In this document: positions 1 through 9,888 of the stretch, one piece after another
How the letters are laid out: each line of letters begins with the position of its first letter
Numbering within the stretch: the first letter of the stretch is position 1
DNA from: Lysobacterales bacterium
Lineage (GTDB): Bacteria; Pseudomonadota; Gammaproteobacteria; Xanthomonadales; SZUA-36
Direction of reading: 5' to 3'
DNA length: 33,275 nt
NCBI GenBank assembly: GCA_013213875.1
Contig: JABSSV010000369.1
Location: forward strand, 1-33,275
Position numbers and translations under genes: made by a program
Notes under the pieces: model-generated
What the model saw: only the letters and a program-made list of their open reading frames with translations
Databases searched by the model: none
What the model was told of the DNA's origin: nothing

Positions 1-981
1 CGGTGCCAACAACTCTCCGGCGAGGATATTGGGCAGCGCGATAAACGGACTTTTCACCAGCTGCAGACGGCTGGCCAGCCAGTGCGTGCTCTCTGCCAGG
101 CGATAGACCACCACCATGGGACGATTAACCAGCAGGCACTCCAGCGTAGCGGTACCGGAGGCGACCAGGCATAGGTCACTGGCGGCCATGATCTCCAGCG
201 CCCGGCCGATGATCACGGTGCACTTCAGCGCCGGCCTGGCGGCCAGCGCCTGACGAAACAGTTCGCCGGTCTGTGCATCCGCCAGCGCCGCTACAAACTG
301 CAGGTCGGGATGGGTTTTTTGCAGCCGCTGTGCAGCCGCGAGCAGGGGCTCCGCCAGGCGGCTGACTTCCCCCTGGCGACTGCCGGGCAGCAAAGCCACG
401 GTGCGCTGTTGAGGATTGAGTGCCAGCGCCTCGCGGGCATGATCAGCCGGCGGGTCGGTGTCGATCACATCCGCCATGGGATGGCCTGTGTACTCGGCGC
501 GGACGCCCTGATCGGCGTAAAAAGCCGGTTCGAAAGGAAACAGACACAACACCAGATCCGCACTGCGTCTAATCTTGGCCGCCCGCCCCTGGCGCCAAGC
601 CCAAACGGTAGGGCTGACATAGTGCACGGTAGGGATGCCGGCATCGCGGGCGCGCCGCTCATTCCCAAGATTGAAGTCCGGCGCATCGATACCGATCAGA
701 AGATCCGGATGCTCAGCCAACAGGCGCTTGAACAGGGCCCGTCGCAGGCGCAGCAACCGCGGCAGATGGCGCAGCACCTCAACCAGGCCCATGACAGACA
801 GTTCCTTTCGGTCCCACCAGCTCTCAAAGCCGGCAGCCCGCATCTGATCGCCGCCGATACCGCAGAAGCGCGCATGGGGATAGTGCTGACGCAGGGCGCT
901 GATGAGCTTGCCACCGAGTTGGTCTCCGGACGCTTCGCCGGCGACCAGGGCGATGGTCAGAGGGCGGGTGTCGGTTGCCAT
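1..981 (-). CDS. lpxB: Lipid-A-disaccharide synthase (partial; C-terminus runs off the window edge)
   Basis: Not in the ORF track. Manual translation from ATG at 981 gives MATDTRPLTIALVAGEASGDQLGG, the LpxB N-terminal motif. It lies immediately downstream of lpxA. Confidence 0.95.
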   Translation of the reverse strand, partial: MATDTRPLTIALVAGEASGDQLGGKLISALRQHYPHARFCGIGGDQMRAAGFESWWDRKELSVMGLVEVLRHLPRLLRLRRALFKRLLAEHPDLLIGIDAPDFNLGNERRARDAGIPTVHYVSPTVWAWRQGRAAKIRRSADLVLCLFPFEPAFYADQGVRAEYTGHPMADVIDTDPPADHAREALALNPQQRTVALLPGSRQGEVSRLAEPLLAAAQRLQKTHPDLQFVAALADAQTGELFRQALAARPALKCTVIIGRALEIMAASDLCLVASGTATLECLLVNRPMVVVYRLAESTHWLASRLQLVKSPFIALPNILAGELLAP

Positions 982-984
982 GAT

Positions 985-1761
985 CTAGCGAATAATGGAG
1001 CGATCCGCCTGGTCAATAAAGTCCACCATCATCTGCAACTCCTCCGCATTCGCGGCCATGGATTCAATTTCGTTGCGCGCTTTCTCCAGCGTGTAACCGG
1101 AGCGGTAGAGGATGCGATAGGCGCGGCGGACGTTCTGTATCTGTTCCGGCGTGTAACCCCGGCGACGCAGGCCTTCGCTGTTGATGCCCCGCGGCCGTGA
1201 TTTGTCCGGCGAGACGGTCACGTAGGGCGGTACGCTGCGGTTGACCAGGCTGGAGAAGGAGATAAAGGAATGGGCGCCGATGTCGCAGAACTGGTGGATT
1301 TGGGCGAAACCGCTGAGGATGGCCCAGTCGCCAATGGTAACGTGACCGGCCAGACTGGCGTTGTTGCCCATGATGATGTGATCGCCCAGATGACAATCGT
1401 GGGCGATGTGCACGTAGGCCATGATCCAGTTGTCATTGCCAATACGGGTAACACCACCGTCCTGAATGGTGCCCCGGTTCAGCGTGCAGAACTCGCGAAT
1501 CGTATTGTTGTCGCCGATCACCAGTTCCGTGTCTTCGCCGTCGTACTTCTTATCCTGCGGTACTTCGCCGATGGAGTTGAACTGAAAGATCTGGTTACCG
1601 GAACCGATGGTGGTGCGTCCGTTGATGATCACATGCGGTCCGATTCGGCTGCCGGCCCCGATCGTGACCCTGGGTCCAATCATGGACCAGGGGCCAATCT
1701 CCACGTCATCGGCCAACTGGGCAGCGGGATCAACGATAGCTGTCGGGTGAATATGGCTCAT
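985..1761 (-). CDS. lpxA: UDP-N-acetylglucosamine O-acyltransferase
   Basis: MSHIHPTAIVD start, hexapeptide repeats, PQDKKY and HIAHDC motifs. The ATG at 1761 overlaps the fabZ stop (TGATG). Confidence 0.97.
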   Translation of the reverse strand: MSHIHPTAIVDPAAQLADDVEIGPWSMIGPRVTIGAGSRIGPHVIINGRTTIGSGNQIFQFNSIGEVPQDKKYDGEDTELVIGDNNTIREFCTLNRGTIQDGGVTRIGNDNWIMAYVHIAHDCHLGDHIIMGNNASLAGHVTIGDWAILSGFAQIHQFCDIGAHSFISFSSLVNRSVPPYVTVSPDKSRPRGINSEGLRRRGYTPEQIQNVRRAYRILYRSGYTLEKARNEIESMAANAEELQMMVDFIDQADRSIIR

Positions 1762-2234
1762 CAGCGTTTCCCCGCGCACACAATCTGACAGGAAGCGGCC
1801 CGCTGGCCGTCGACCTCGGCACGGCAGTCGAAAAAGCCCATGCTGCGGCGGCGCCCGGTTTCGTTGACGGTCATGACCAGCTGGTCGCCGGGGACTACGG
1901 GCTTGCTGAAGCGCGCGTTGTCCACTTTGGCCAGATAGTAGAGATTGCCGCCCATGGCGCCATTGGCCAGCAGGGCACCAAGAATACCGGCGCACTGGGC
2001 CATGGCCTCAACGATCATCACGCCAGGCATGACCGGTGAGCCGGGAAAATGTCCCTGAAAGAAATGTTCGTTGAAAGTGACGTTCTTGATGGCCGTGATC
2101 GTGGGCGGCTCCTGCTGCCAGTCCAGCACCCGGTCTACCAGTAGAAACGGATAGCGGTGTGGAATCAGTGTTTCGATGGTTTCGATGGCCACGGGCCCAT
2201 TCATCTGAGCCACGCTCCGGTTTTCCTCGTTCAT
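1761..2234 (-). CDS. fabZ: 3-hydroxyacyl-ACP dehydratase
   Basis: LIPHRYPFLLVDRV and FFQGHFPGSPVMPGVMIVEAMAQ motifs. The ATG at 2234 overlaps the lpxD stop (ATGA). Confidence 0.97.
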   Translation of the reverse strand: MNEENRSVAQMNGPVAIETIETLIPHRYPFLLVDRVLDWQQEPPTITAIKNVTFNEHFFQGHFPGSPVMPGVMIVEAMAQCAGILGALLANGAMGGNLYYLAKVDNARFSKPVVPGDQLVMTVNETGRRRSMGFFDCRAEVDGQRAASCQIVCAGKR

Positions 2235-3268
2235 TCTTCTTTCCCCGATGCCGGGCGGCGCGCCCGGAGCTTCTTTAAAGTCACGCCGAGGCGGCGCAGA
2301 TGTCCCAGGGTCTTCTGCCATTCGCGCATGGGTTGCGCGGGAATGCCTGAGGACCAGACCGTACCGGGCTCGCTAATGGATTTCTTAACCATGGTCATGG
2401 CTGAGACCGTAACGCCATCGGCGATTTCAATATGACCGTGCGCTCCGGCGCGACCGGCAAACAGACAGTTTTTGCCGATGCGCGTGCTACCGGCGATGCC
2501 GGTGAAGGCGGCCATGGCCGTATGCGCGCCGATATGACAGTTGTGACCAATCTGGCAAAGGTTGTCGATCCGTACGTCTTCCTCCAGCACCGTGTCACCG
2601 ATGGCACCCCGGTCAATACAGCTATTGGCACCAATTTCGCAGTCATCGCCAATGCGAACGCTGCCCAGCTGGGGCACCTTTTCCCAGTGACTGCCGGCGT
2701 GGGCGATGCCAAAACCATCGGCGCCGATCACAGCCCCCGGATGGATCAGCACCCGCTTCCCAAGTCGCACGCCGTCACCCAGGCTGACCCGTGCAATAAG
2801 ACGGCAGCCCTCACCAAGGTGGACGTCGCTGGCCAGCACGCAGCCGGGCCCCACGGACACGCCGGCCTCCAGCACGCAGTCCGGTCCGATATAGGCGCCA
2901 GCACCAATAGCAACGCCGGAAGCAAGCGTCGCTGAGGGGTGTATCACAGCGCTGGCATGACGCCCCGGTGGTGTCGCTGGACGGGTGTCGAACAGGGCGG
3001 CAATGCGCGCGTAGGCGAGATAGGGCTGCCGGGCGATGAGATGGTTGCCCGGGCAGTCCGCGCTGTCGGCCTCGGACACAATAATCACGCCGGCACGGCA
3101 ATCAGCGAGCTGGTTACGGTAGGCGGGATTGGAAAGAAAGCCCACCGCATCCGGGCCGGCTTCTGCCAGCGTGCCTACGCAGTTGACGCGATGCTCGCCA
3201 TCGCCAACCAGCGTCAGCGCAAAGCGATCCGCCAGCTCCGCCAGCGTATAAAATTCAGAAGGGTTCAT
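2231..3268 (-). CDS. lpxD: UDP-3-O-acyl-glucosamine N-acyltransferase
   Basis: Hexapeptide repeats, GADGFG, IGANSCIDRGA and QIGHN motifs. Start chosen at the ATG at 3268, which follows a GAGG RBS. Confidence 0.95.
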   Translation of the reverse strand: MNPSEFYTLAELADRFALTLVGDGEHRVNCVGTLAEAGPDAVGFLSNPAYRNQLADCRAGVIIVSEADSADCPGNHLIARQPYLAYARIAALFDTRPATPPGRHASAVIHPSATLASGVAIGAGAYIGPDCVLEAGVSVGPGCVLASDVHLGEGCRLIARVSLGDGVRLGKRVLIHPGAVIGADGFGIAHAGSHWEKVPQLGSVRIGDDCEIGANSCIDRGAIGDTVLEEDVRIDNLCQIGHNCHIGAHTAMAAFTGIAGSTRIGKNCLFAGRAGAHGHIEIADGVTVSAMTMVKKSISEPGTVWSSGIPAQPMREWQKTLGHLRRLGVTLKKLRARRPASGKEE

Positions 3269-3284
3269 GGCCGCCTCGACAGGG

Positions 3285-3830
3285 TCAGGGTTGTTCCTGC
3301 TCAAGCTGGTCGGCGTCGAATTCTTCCTGCAGACGCTGCAGGATCAGGTCGGTGATATCCAGTGCCTCGTCGGCGTAGACCACCGGGCTGGATAGGACCA
3401 AATCGTAGCCATAGCGCTTGGCGATCTGTTGCACTGCAATATTGATCTGATCTTCCAGCCGTTGCACCTCTTCCGTGCGCCGGAAGGAAAGTTCGTCGCG
3501 TAGATCTTCGCGCTGGCGGTTGATGCGGCGCTGGTTCTCCCGGATGGTCCGCTCCAATCGCCCCCGGTCCTCGCTGCTCAGGTCACCGGACTGCAGGCGC
3601 TGTTCCAGAGCTCTGAGTTCCGCCTCGGCAACTTCGATCACGTCGTTGCGCGGCCGAAACTCCAAATCCAGCGCATCCCGTCCCGCCACCACCTGTGGCG
3701 CATTATCGAGCACGGCCTTCATATTGACGTAGCCAATACGCGGGCTCTGACCGAGCGCTGAGTTGCTGACGAGTAAGGCCAGCAGGCACAGCAAAAATGT
3801 TGGACGGATGTTCACAAAATGATTGTACAT
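3285..3830 (-). CDS. skp: OmpH/Skp periplasmic chaperone
   Basis: Signal peptide, RIGYVNM, coiled coil, IAKRYGYDLVL...LDITDLI. Located between bamA and lpxD. The start codon is uncertain (3815, 3830 or 3836). Confidence 0.9.
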   Translation of the reverse strand: MYNHFVNIRPTFLLCLLALLVSNSALGQSPRIGYVNMKAVLDNAPQVVAGRDALDLEFRPRNDVIEVAEAELRALEQRLQSGDLSSEDRGRLERTIRENQRRINRQREDLRDELSFRRTEEVQRLEDQINIAVQQIAKRYGYDLVLSSPVVYADEALDITDLILQRLQEEFDADQLEQEQP

Positions 3831-3917
3831 GAACAACGCAACTGAAGAAACGCAAAAAATATCTGCAATTATTGATCTAAATTGCTGATTTACCGCCTTC
3901 TTTATGCCGCTTAAAAC

Positions 3918-3946
3918 AAAAAAGCCCCGACAAGGCGGGGCTTTTT
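3918..3946. terminator. Intrinsic terminator after bamA, potentially bidirectional
   Basis: AAAAAAGCCCCG-acaagg-CGGGGCTTTTT hairpin with A/T tracts on both sides. Confidence 0.85.
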
Positions 3947-3966
3947 ATCAGCGTTTTTAAGTGCGC

Positions 3967-6456
3967 TCAGAAGGTGGTGCCGAAAGAGAACTGAATCGTC
4001 TCCGTACGATCACCTTCCTTCTCAATCAGGGGGAAGGCGAAGTTCATGATGATCGGGCCAATGGGCGCCTGCCAGGTTACGGACAGACCTGCCGAGGCGC
4101 GCAAGAGGTCTGCATCGAAGGCCTCGATGTTCTCATACACGTTACCGACGTCGACAAACAGGGCGATGCGTGAGCCTGAGCCCTGGGTGAATGGCGTGGG
4201 AATCGCTAGCTCCATGCCCGCTGACACCTTGAGGTCGCCCCCGACGGCACGGCAGAAGGGGTCCTTGGGTCCGAGGGTGTTGTCGTCAAAGCCGCGGATA
4301 TCCCGGACACCACCGCCATAGAAGTGCTCATAGAAGGGCAGGCCCGTATCCAGCGCAATGACCTCTTCCTGCAGGCATTCGCTACCGGGTCGCAGCGTCG
4401 TATCCTGGGGGATGGCCTGGGAGTTCTTGTCATAGCTGTCATAGGCGTCGCCATAACCAATATCTCCATGATAGGAGAAGGTCAGGCCCCGGGTGACGGG
4501 CACATATTTGGCGTAGCGATAGGCAATCTTGTAGTACTCACGACTGGAGCCCGGCACGGACAGTTCCAGCGACAGGCGCTGGGAGGAGCCCATGGTCGGG
4601 TTCAGGAAGTGGTTGCGGCTATCTCGGGACCAGGACAGGGTCAGATCGCCGACCTTGAATTCCCGTTCGTCTGAGGACAGGACACCATCGCCGTTAAAGT
4701 CCAGCGAGTTGGACAGCGGATCACCGGCGATGGGCACGAAGTAGGTTAGGCCGCAGGGCGGCAAGCCACCGGTCAGGCCCGGGAAGCAGATGGTGTTGTC
4801 TTCGTCGTCCGGGTCCGGCACCTCGCCGTCGCGAACAAACTGGCCGATGTTGATATCGGTGGAACGCAAGCCAAAGCCTGCACGGACGTAATCAATTTCC
4901 GTGAGCGGCGCACCGAAGGATATGCCGGCCGCGGCCTCGCTACTGGTAAAGGTTGAAATGTTCGCCGCGGCCCGGTTGAACTCCGAGTAGCGGGCATAGA
5001 ATCCGCGACTGACGCCATCATCGGTCCAGTAGGGATCGTCGTAGCTGAAGTTAAAGCTGCTAATAATGTCACTGGAAGAAACGGAAGCGCCTACCCGGTT
5101 TCCGCTGCCCAGAAAGTTGTCCTGCTGGATTGACAGGGAGTAGATCAGACCCTGAATTTCGGAGTAACCGAGGCCGACAGAGAAACTGCCAGCGGGGCGT
5201 TCGGTCACGGACACCACGATGTCGACCTGATCGTCCGTGCCAGGCACCGGTGGTGTCTCAATCTCGACGTTCTCGAAGTAGGTTTGGCGCTGCAGGCGCA
5301 GTTTCGAACGGTCAATGGCTGCCTGCGAGAACCAGGCCCCTTCCATCTGTCGCATTTCGCGACGCAATACCTCGTCCTTCGTGCCCGTATTGCCCACGAA
5401 CTGGATGCGGCGGATGTAGACGCGCTTACCGGGATCGACGTAGTAGTTGATGTCCACGGTCAGGTTTTCCCGATCGATTTGCGGGATCGGATTGACGTTG
5501 GCAAAGGCATAGCCAACGTTGGAGAGCAGGGCGGTAATGTTCTCCACGCTCTGTTCCATTTCCTTGCGGGAAAACACTTCGCCCTCATCGGTCATGATCA
5601 GGCGACGCAGCGTCGCTTCATCAATCACAAGATCGCCGGTGATCTGGATATCGTTGAGGTTGAACAGTTCGCCCTCGGTCACGTTGGCGGTAATAAAGAT
5701 ATCGCGCTTGTCCGGGCTGATCGCAACCTGAGTGGACTCAACGTTGGCATCGATATAGCCGCGATCCTGATAATAGGAACGAATTTTCTCCAGGTCGCCG
5801 GACAGTTTTTCGCGCGTGTAGTCACCTTCCTTGGACCAGAATTTCCAGAACGGCGGCGTGCCGGACTCGAACTCCTCCTGAATCTCTTCGTCCGTGAACA
5901 GGGTATTGCCGGTAACGTTGATGTGCCGGATCTTGGCGGTCTTGCCCTCATCCACAACGATGGCGATGCGCACCCGGTTGCGGTCCAGTTCGGTGACCCG
6001 GGCATCCACGCTCACCGAGTAGCGGCCCTGACTGTAGTACTGGCCCACCAGTTCCTGCTGGATGCGATCAAGCGCCTGCGGGTCGAACACCTCGCCTTCC
6101 GTGAGCCCGATGTCGGCCAGTACGCGACGCAGATCCTCATCCTTGATGGCCTTGTTGCCGGACAGGGAGATGGTGGCGATGGCCGGACGCTCGCGCAGCA
6201 CGAGCACCAAGATGTCGCCCTCGCGCGTAAAGTCGATATCGGAAAAGAAACCGGTGCGATACAGGGCGCGAATGGAATCGCGGACGCGCGCAGAGGTCAG
6301 CGTGTCACCGGGATTCAGGGGCAGGTAGTTGAATACCGTGCCTTCAGAAATCCGCTGCAGGCCATCGACACGAATATCGGTGATCTCAAAAGGTGTCAGC
6401 GCGTGTGCCGGGCCACACAGTAGCAGGGCCAGAACGGCCAGCAGATATTTTCTCAT
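3967..6456 (-). CDS. bamA: Outer membrane protein assembly factor BamA
   Basis: Signal peptide, POTRA start (DIRVDGLQRISEGTVFNYLP), GNTGTKDEVLRRE, IRGF loop-6 motif and C-terminal QFSFGTTF. Confidence 0.97.
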   Translation of the reverse strand: MRKYLLAVLALLLCGPAHALTPFEITDIRVDGLQRISEGTVFNYLPLNPGDTLTSARVRDSIRALYRTGFFSDIDFTREGDILVLVLRERPAIATISLSGNKAIKDEDLRRVLADIGLTEGEVFDPQALDRIQQELVGQYYSQGRYSVSVDARVTELDRNRVRIAIVVDEGKTAKIRHINVTGNTLFTDEEIQEEFESGTPPFWKFWSKEGDYTREKLSGDLEKIRSYYQDRGYIDANVESTQVAISPDKRDIFITANVTEGELFNLNDIQITGDLVIDEATLRRLIMTDEGEVFSRKEMEQSVENITALLSNVGYAFANVNPIPQIDRENLTVDINYYVDPGKRVYIRRIQFVGNTGTKDEVLRREMRQMEGAWFSQAAIDRSKLRLQRQTYFENVEIETPPVPGTDDQVDIVVSVTERPAGSFSVGLGYSEIQGLIYSLSIQQDNFLGSGNRVGASVSSSDIISSFNFSYDDPYWTDDGVSRGFYARYSEFNRAAANISTFTSSEAAAGISFGAPLTEIDYVRAGFGLRSTDINIGQFVRDGEVPDPDDEDNTICFPGLTGGLPPCGLTYFVPIAGDPLSNSLDFNGDGVLSSDEREFKVGDLTLSWSRDSRNHFLNPTMGSSQRLSLELSVPGSSREYYKIAYRYAKYVPVTRGLTFSYHGDIGYGDAYDSYDKNSQAIPQDTTLRPGSECLQEEVIALDTGLPFYEHFYGGGVRDIRGFDDNTLGPKDPFCRAVGGDLKVSAGMELAIPTPFTQGSGSRIALFVDVGNVYENIEAFDADLLRASAGLSVTWQAPIGPIIMNFAFPLIEKEGDRTETIQFSFGTTF

Positions 6457-6497
6457 TGAATGCAGGTCCAGCGTGGCCGGTTTAACGTTGCGGAATT

Positions 6498-7874
6498 CTA
6501 TCCGACCAGCCTTAAAATGTCGTTAACGATGCCCAGACTCATCAAACCGAACAGCGCAACCAGACCGATGGTCTGTCCGGTCATCTGCGTCTGTTCGGAA
6601 ACCGGGCTACCTTTCACGCATTCTATCAAGTAATAGAGCAGGTGACCTCCATCCAGTACCGGGATCGGCAGCAGATTGAGAATGCCGAGGCTGAGGCTGA
6701 TCAAACCGAGAAAGAACAGGAAGCTGGTGAGACCGGCACTGGCGGAGTCGTTGGCAAACTGGGCGATGCCGATGGGGCCGGACACATTGCGCACCGAGGC
6801 CGAGCCGGTAATCATGCGGCCGATCAGTCCGAGGGTCGCGCCACTGAGTCGTGCCATCTCCGAAAAGGCCTGGCCCACAGCCGCTACGGGGCCATACTGG
6901 AGTTCCATAAAAGTTCGATCAAAACCGGCCTGTGCCTCCGCATCCGGTGGCGCGCTGGTGATGCCGATAACGAAGCGCTGCCCAAACATGCCTTCCTTTA
7001 TCGGGCGCGGCGTGAGCCGGCGTTCAAAAACTGCACCGTCACGCTCAAGCTCCAGATCCAGGGTCTGCCCTTCCGGAGCGTGCTTGCTGACCAGAAACGG
7101 CACCCAGCTCCAATTTTCCACTGCCTCGCCATTGATGCTGACGATACGGTCACCGGCCCGGAGCCCAGCCTCCGCGGCGGCGCTGTCCGCACTTACCTCA
7201 CCAATCAGGGCGGGCAATTCCGGCCGCCAGGGCTGCAAACCCACGGCTTCGAGCGTATTTTCTTCACGAAAATCATCGCCCAGGCCGCTGAGATCCAGGC
7301 TCAGATCGCGACGAATACCGCCGGGTTGTTCCACGGTAACGCGCACCGTGTCGCGGTCCAGCGCATGGGTGATCAATGCCAGTAGAGCATGAGACCAGGT
7401 GCGGGTGCGGTCGCCATCCAGGGCGATAATCTCATCGTTATTTTCGAAGCCCGCTTCGGCCGCAATGCCGGTCACCTCGCCAACCACAGGCCGGGTTTCG
7501 GGCACGCCGATCATGAACATGATCCAGAAGGCAAAGACAGCGAACACCAGGTTGAAGATCGGGCCGGCGGCAACGATGGCGATGCGCTGACCGACCGGTT
7601 TGGTATTAAAGGCCGCGTCCTGAGCCTCAGCGGGTACTGGGCCCTCACGCTCATCAAGCATTTTCACATAGCCGCCGAGCGGCAGGGCTCCGATGGCCCA
7701 GACCGTCCCGTCGCGGGCGGTTCGTGACCAGATGGCCTTGCCAAAGCCAACGGAAAATTTGAGCACCTTGACGCCACAGCGTCGTGCCACCCAGTAATGA
7801 CCGAACTCATGAAAGGTCACCAGTAGGCCCAGGGCGACGATAAGCCACCAGATTGATCCAAGTACTTCCAGCAT
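6498..7874 (-). CDS. rseP: RIP zinc metalloprotease RseP
   Basis: HEFGH, PLGGYVKM, two PDZ-like regions and NLLPIPVLDGGH. Confidence 0.97.
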   Translation of the reverse strand: MLEVLGSIWWLIVALGLLVTFHEFGHYWVARRCGVKVLKFSVGFGKAIWSRTARDGTVWAIGALPLGGYVKMLDEREGPVPAEAQDAAFNTKPVGQRIAIVAAGPIFNLVFAVFAFWIMFMIGVPETRPVVGEVTGIAAEAGFENNDEIIALDGDRTRTWSHALLALITHALDRDTVRVTVEQPGGIRRDLSLDLSGLGDDFREENTLEAVGLQPWRPELPALIGEVSADSAAAEAGLRAGDRIVSINGEAVENWSWVPFLVSKHAPEGQTLDLELERDGAVFERRLTPRPIKEGMFGQRFVIGITSAPPDAEAQAGFDRTFMELQYGPVAAVGQAFSEMARLSGATLGLIGRMITGSASVRNVSGPIGIAQFANDSASAGLTSFLFFLGLISLSLGILNLLPIPVLDGGHLLYYLIECVKGSPVSEQTQMTGQTIGLVALFGLMSLGIVNDILRLVG

Positions 7875-7876
7875 AG

Positions 7877-9067
7877 TTAACCTATCCGTTGCGAGACCAC
7901 AGTCCGCGCGAGTGTTCGTGCTTCCCGGTCAGCCGCCATGATGTGCTCAAGACTGGCAGCGCCGTGGCTGCCAGCCTGATCCAAAGTATGGGCCACCACG
8001 CGTGCAATGTGCGTAAACGCAATTTCACCATCGAGAAAGGCCTGCACGGCAATCTCGTTGGCTGCGTTCAGACTGGCGGCGGCACTGCCGCCCGCCTGCA
8101 TGGCCTCGAAAGCGAGTGCCAGACAGGGAAAACGATTGCGGTCGGGGGCATGAAATTCAAGTTTTTCCATGGCCGTGAGGTCCAGCGCTGCGACGCCCGA
8201 TTCGATGCGCTCGGGCCAGGCCAGGGCGTGGGCAATCGGCGTGCGCATATCGGGCAAGCCCAGTTGGGCGAGCAGGGAGCCATCCCGATAGCGCACCAGA
8301 GAATGCACAATGCTTTGTGGGTGCACCACCACATCCAATTGGTCCGGAGCCGCGTTGAAGAGCCAGCGGGCTTCGATCACCTCCAGCCCCTTATTCATGA
8401 GCGTGGCTGAATCCACCGAGATTTTTCTGCCCATATCCCAGTTTGGGTGATTGCAGGCCTGAGCCGGTGTCACCGCGTCTAAATCGCTCTCGCTGGCGTG
8501 CAGGAAAGGGCCACCGCTGGCGGTAAGTATGAGTTGCTCCACGCCGCACCGGGCCAGTCCGGCCTGATGGTCTGGCGGCAGCGCCTGAAACAGGGCGTTG
8601 TGTTCTGAATCCACCGGAATCAGGGTGGCGCCACTGTGCTCCAGCGTGCTGCGGAACAGGGGGCCGGCGATGACCATGGATTCCTTATTGGCCAGCAGGA
8701 CCCGCTTCGCCAGTTCCGTCGCGCGCAGCGTCGGCGCGAGGCCGGCAGCGCCTACGATGGCAGCCATGACTGTGGTGACCTGATCTTGCTCCACCAACTC
8801 CAGCAGCCCCTCCGGGCCAGCTAGCGCGCGCGCCTTACTGCCGGCTGCGGCCAGTGCTCGCTTCAGATCCTGATAGCGCTCCGGATCGCTAATCACGGCC
8901 ACCTTGGCGCCGGTCTGTTGGCACAGATGGGCCAGTTCCTGGACCTGGCTATGGGCACTCAGGCCATAGACCTGATAGCGCTGTGGATGGCGGGCCACCA
9001 CATCCAGCGTGGCCGTGCCGATCGAGCCGGTAGCGCCGAGGACGGCGAGTTGCTCCGGGCTTGCCAT
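7877..9067 (-). CDS. dxr: 1-deoxy-D-xylulose-5-phosphate reductoisomerase
   Basis: LGATGSIG, LANKES, PVDSEH and HPNWDMGRKISVDSATLMNKGLE motifs. Confidence 0.98.
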   Translation of the reverse strand: MASPEQLAVLGATGSIGTATLDVVARHPQRYQVYGLSAHSQVQELAHLCQQTGAKVAVISDPERYQDLKRALAAAGSKARALAGPEGLLELVEQDQVTTVMAAIVGAAGLAPTLRATELAKRVLLANKESMVIAGPLFRSTLEHSGATLIPVDSEHNALFQALPPDHQAGLARCGVEQLILTASGGPFLHASESDLDAVTPAQACNHPNWDMGRKISVDSATLMNKGLEVIEARWLFNAAPDQLDVVVHPQSIVHSLVRYRDGSLLAQLGLPDMRTPIAHALAWPERIESGVAALDLTAMEKLEFHAPDRNRFPCLALAFEAMQAGGSAAASLNAANEIAVQAFLDGEIAFTHIARVVAHTLDQAGSHGAASLEHIMAADREARTLARTVVSQRIG

Positions 9068-9069
9068 GC

Positions 9070-9888
9070 CTACAGCCCCAACAGCAGCTTGCCGAGCGCG
9101 AAGAAAGGTGCGCCGGATAGCAGGCTGTCAAAGCGGTCAAGAACGCCCCCGTGGCCTGGAAACAGGCGCCCGGTATCTTTCATACCCACCGTTCGCTTGT
9201 GCAGGCTGATGAAAAGGTCGCCGGCGACAGAAACCACGGCCGTCGCGGCGCCCAGCATGGCCATGGGTAGTGCTGGCGCTGCGAGACCCGGCAAATAGCG
9301 ACCCGCCAGCACGGCGACCAGCATGGCGCTGGCCAGGCCGCCGAAAAAGCCGGCCCAGGTCTTGCCCGGACTGATCCGCACTGCCAGCTTGCGCTTACCG
9401 AAACGGCGCCCGGCAAAATAGGCCCCGATATCGGCTGCCCAGATAATCAGCAGTAGTGCCAGAATCCACCATTGGCCGGCGGGCTCTGCGCGCAGCCAGG
9501 ACAGGGCCAGCCAGGCACCGCTGATGCTCACCAGCGCATTGGCACACACCTGAAGGGGATAGCCCGGCCCTGGCGGCCGCGCGGGATCATGCCAGCGCAG
9601 TTGGCTGAACAGCAGAAGCCAGAGCACGCACAGCACCTCCATGGTGCGAATGGGATCCGGTCGCCAATGGTCCGCAAAATGCCAGAGGAGTGCCAGTAAG
9701 GCGACCTGCAGCAGGACTAGCATGACGCCGCCGGCGCTCTGCAGCCGGGCCAGTCGGTGAAATTCCCAGCAACCGACCAGTAATAGCAGGGCGACGGCCA
9801 GCGCAAAGTTCTGCGGCGTCAACAGGAAGATACCGCTGAGCGCGACGGGGAGCAGCACCAGCGCGGTGAGGATGCGGGTTTTGAGCAT
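9070..9888 (-). CDS. cdsA: Phosphatidate cytidylyltransferase
   Basis: Hydrophobic protein with DIGAYFAG, ISPGKTW and KDTGRLFPGHGGVLDRFDS. Confidence 0.96.
   Translation of the reverse strand: MLKTRILTALVLLPVALSGIFLLTPQNFALAVALLLLVGCWEFHRLARLQSAGGVMLVLLQVALLALLWHFADHWRPDPIRTMEVLCVLWLLLFSQLRWHDPARPPGPGYPLQVCANALVSISGAWLALSWLRAEPAGQWWILALLLIIWAADIGAYFAGRRFGKRKLAVRISPGKTWAGFFGGLASAMLVAVLAGRYLPGLAAPALPMAMLGAATAVVSVAGDLFISLHKRTVGMKDTGRLFPGHGGVLDRFDSLLSGAPFFALGKLLLGL

Noticed and set aside
310-1200. 296-aa + strand ORF, and similar long antisense ORFs (5284-6423, 11297-11980, 12490-13416, 19277-20623, 31158-32720)
   Set aside because: They lie antisense to well-conserved genes and have no motifs, as expected for shadow ORFs in GC-rich coding DNA.
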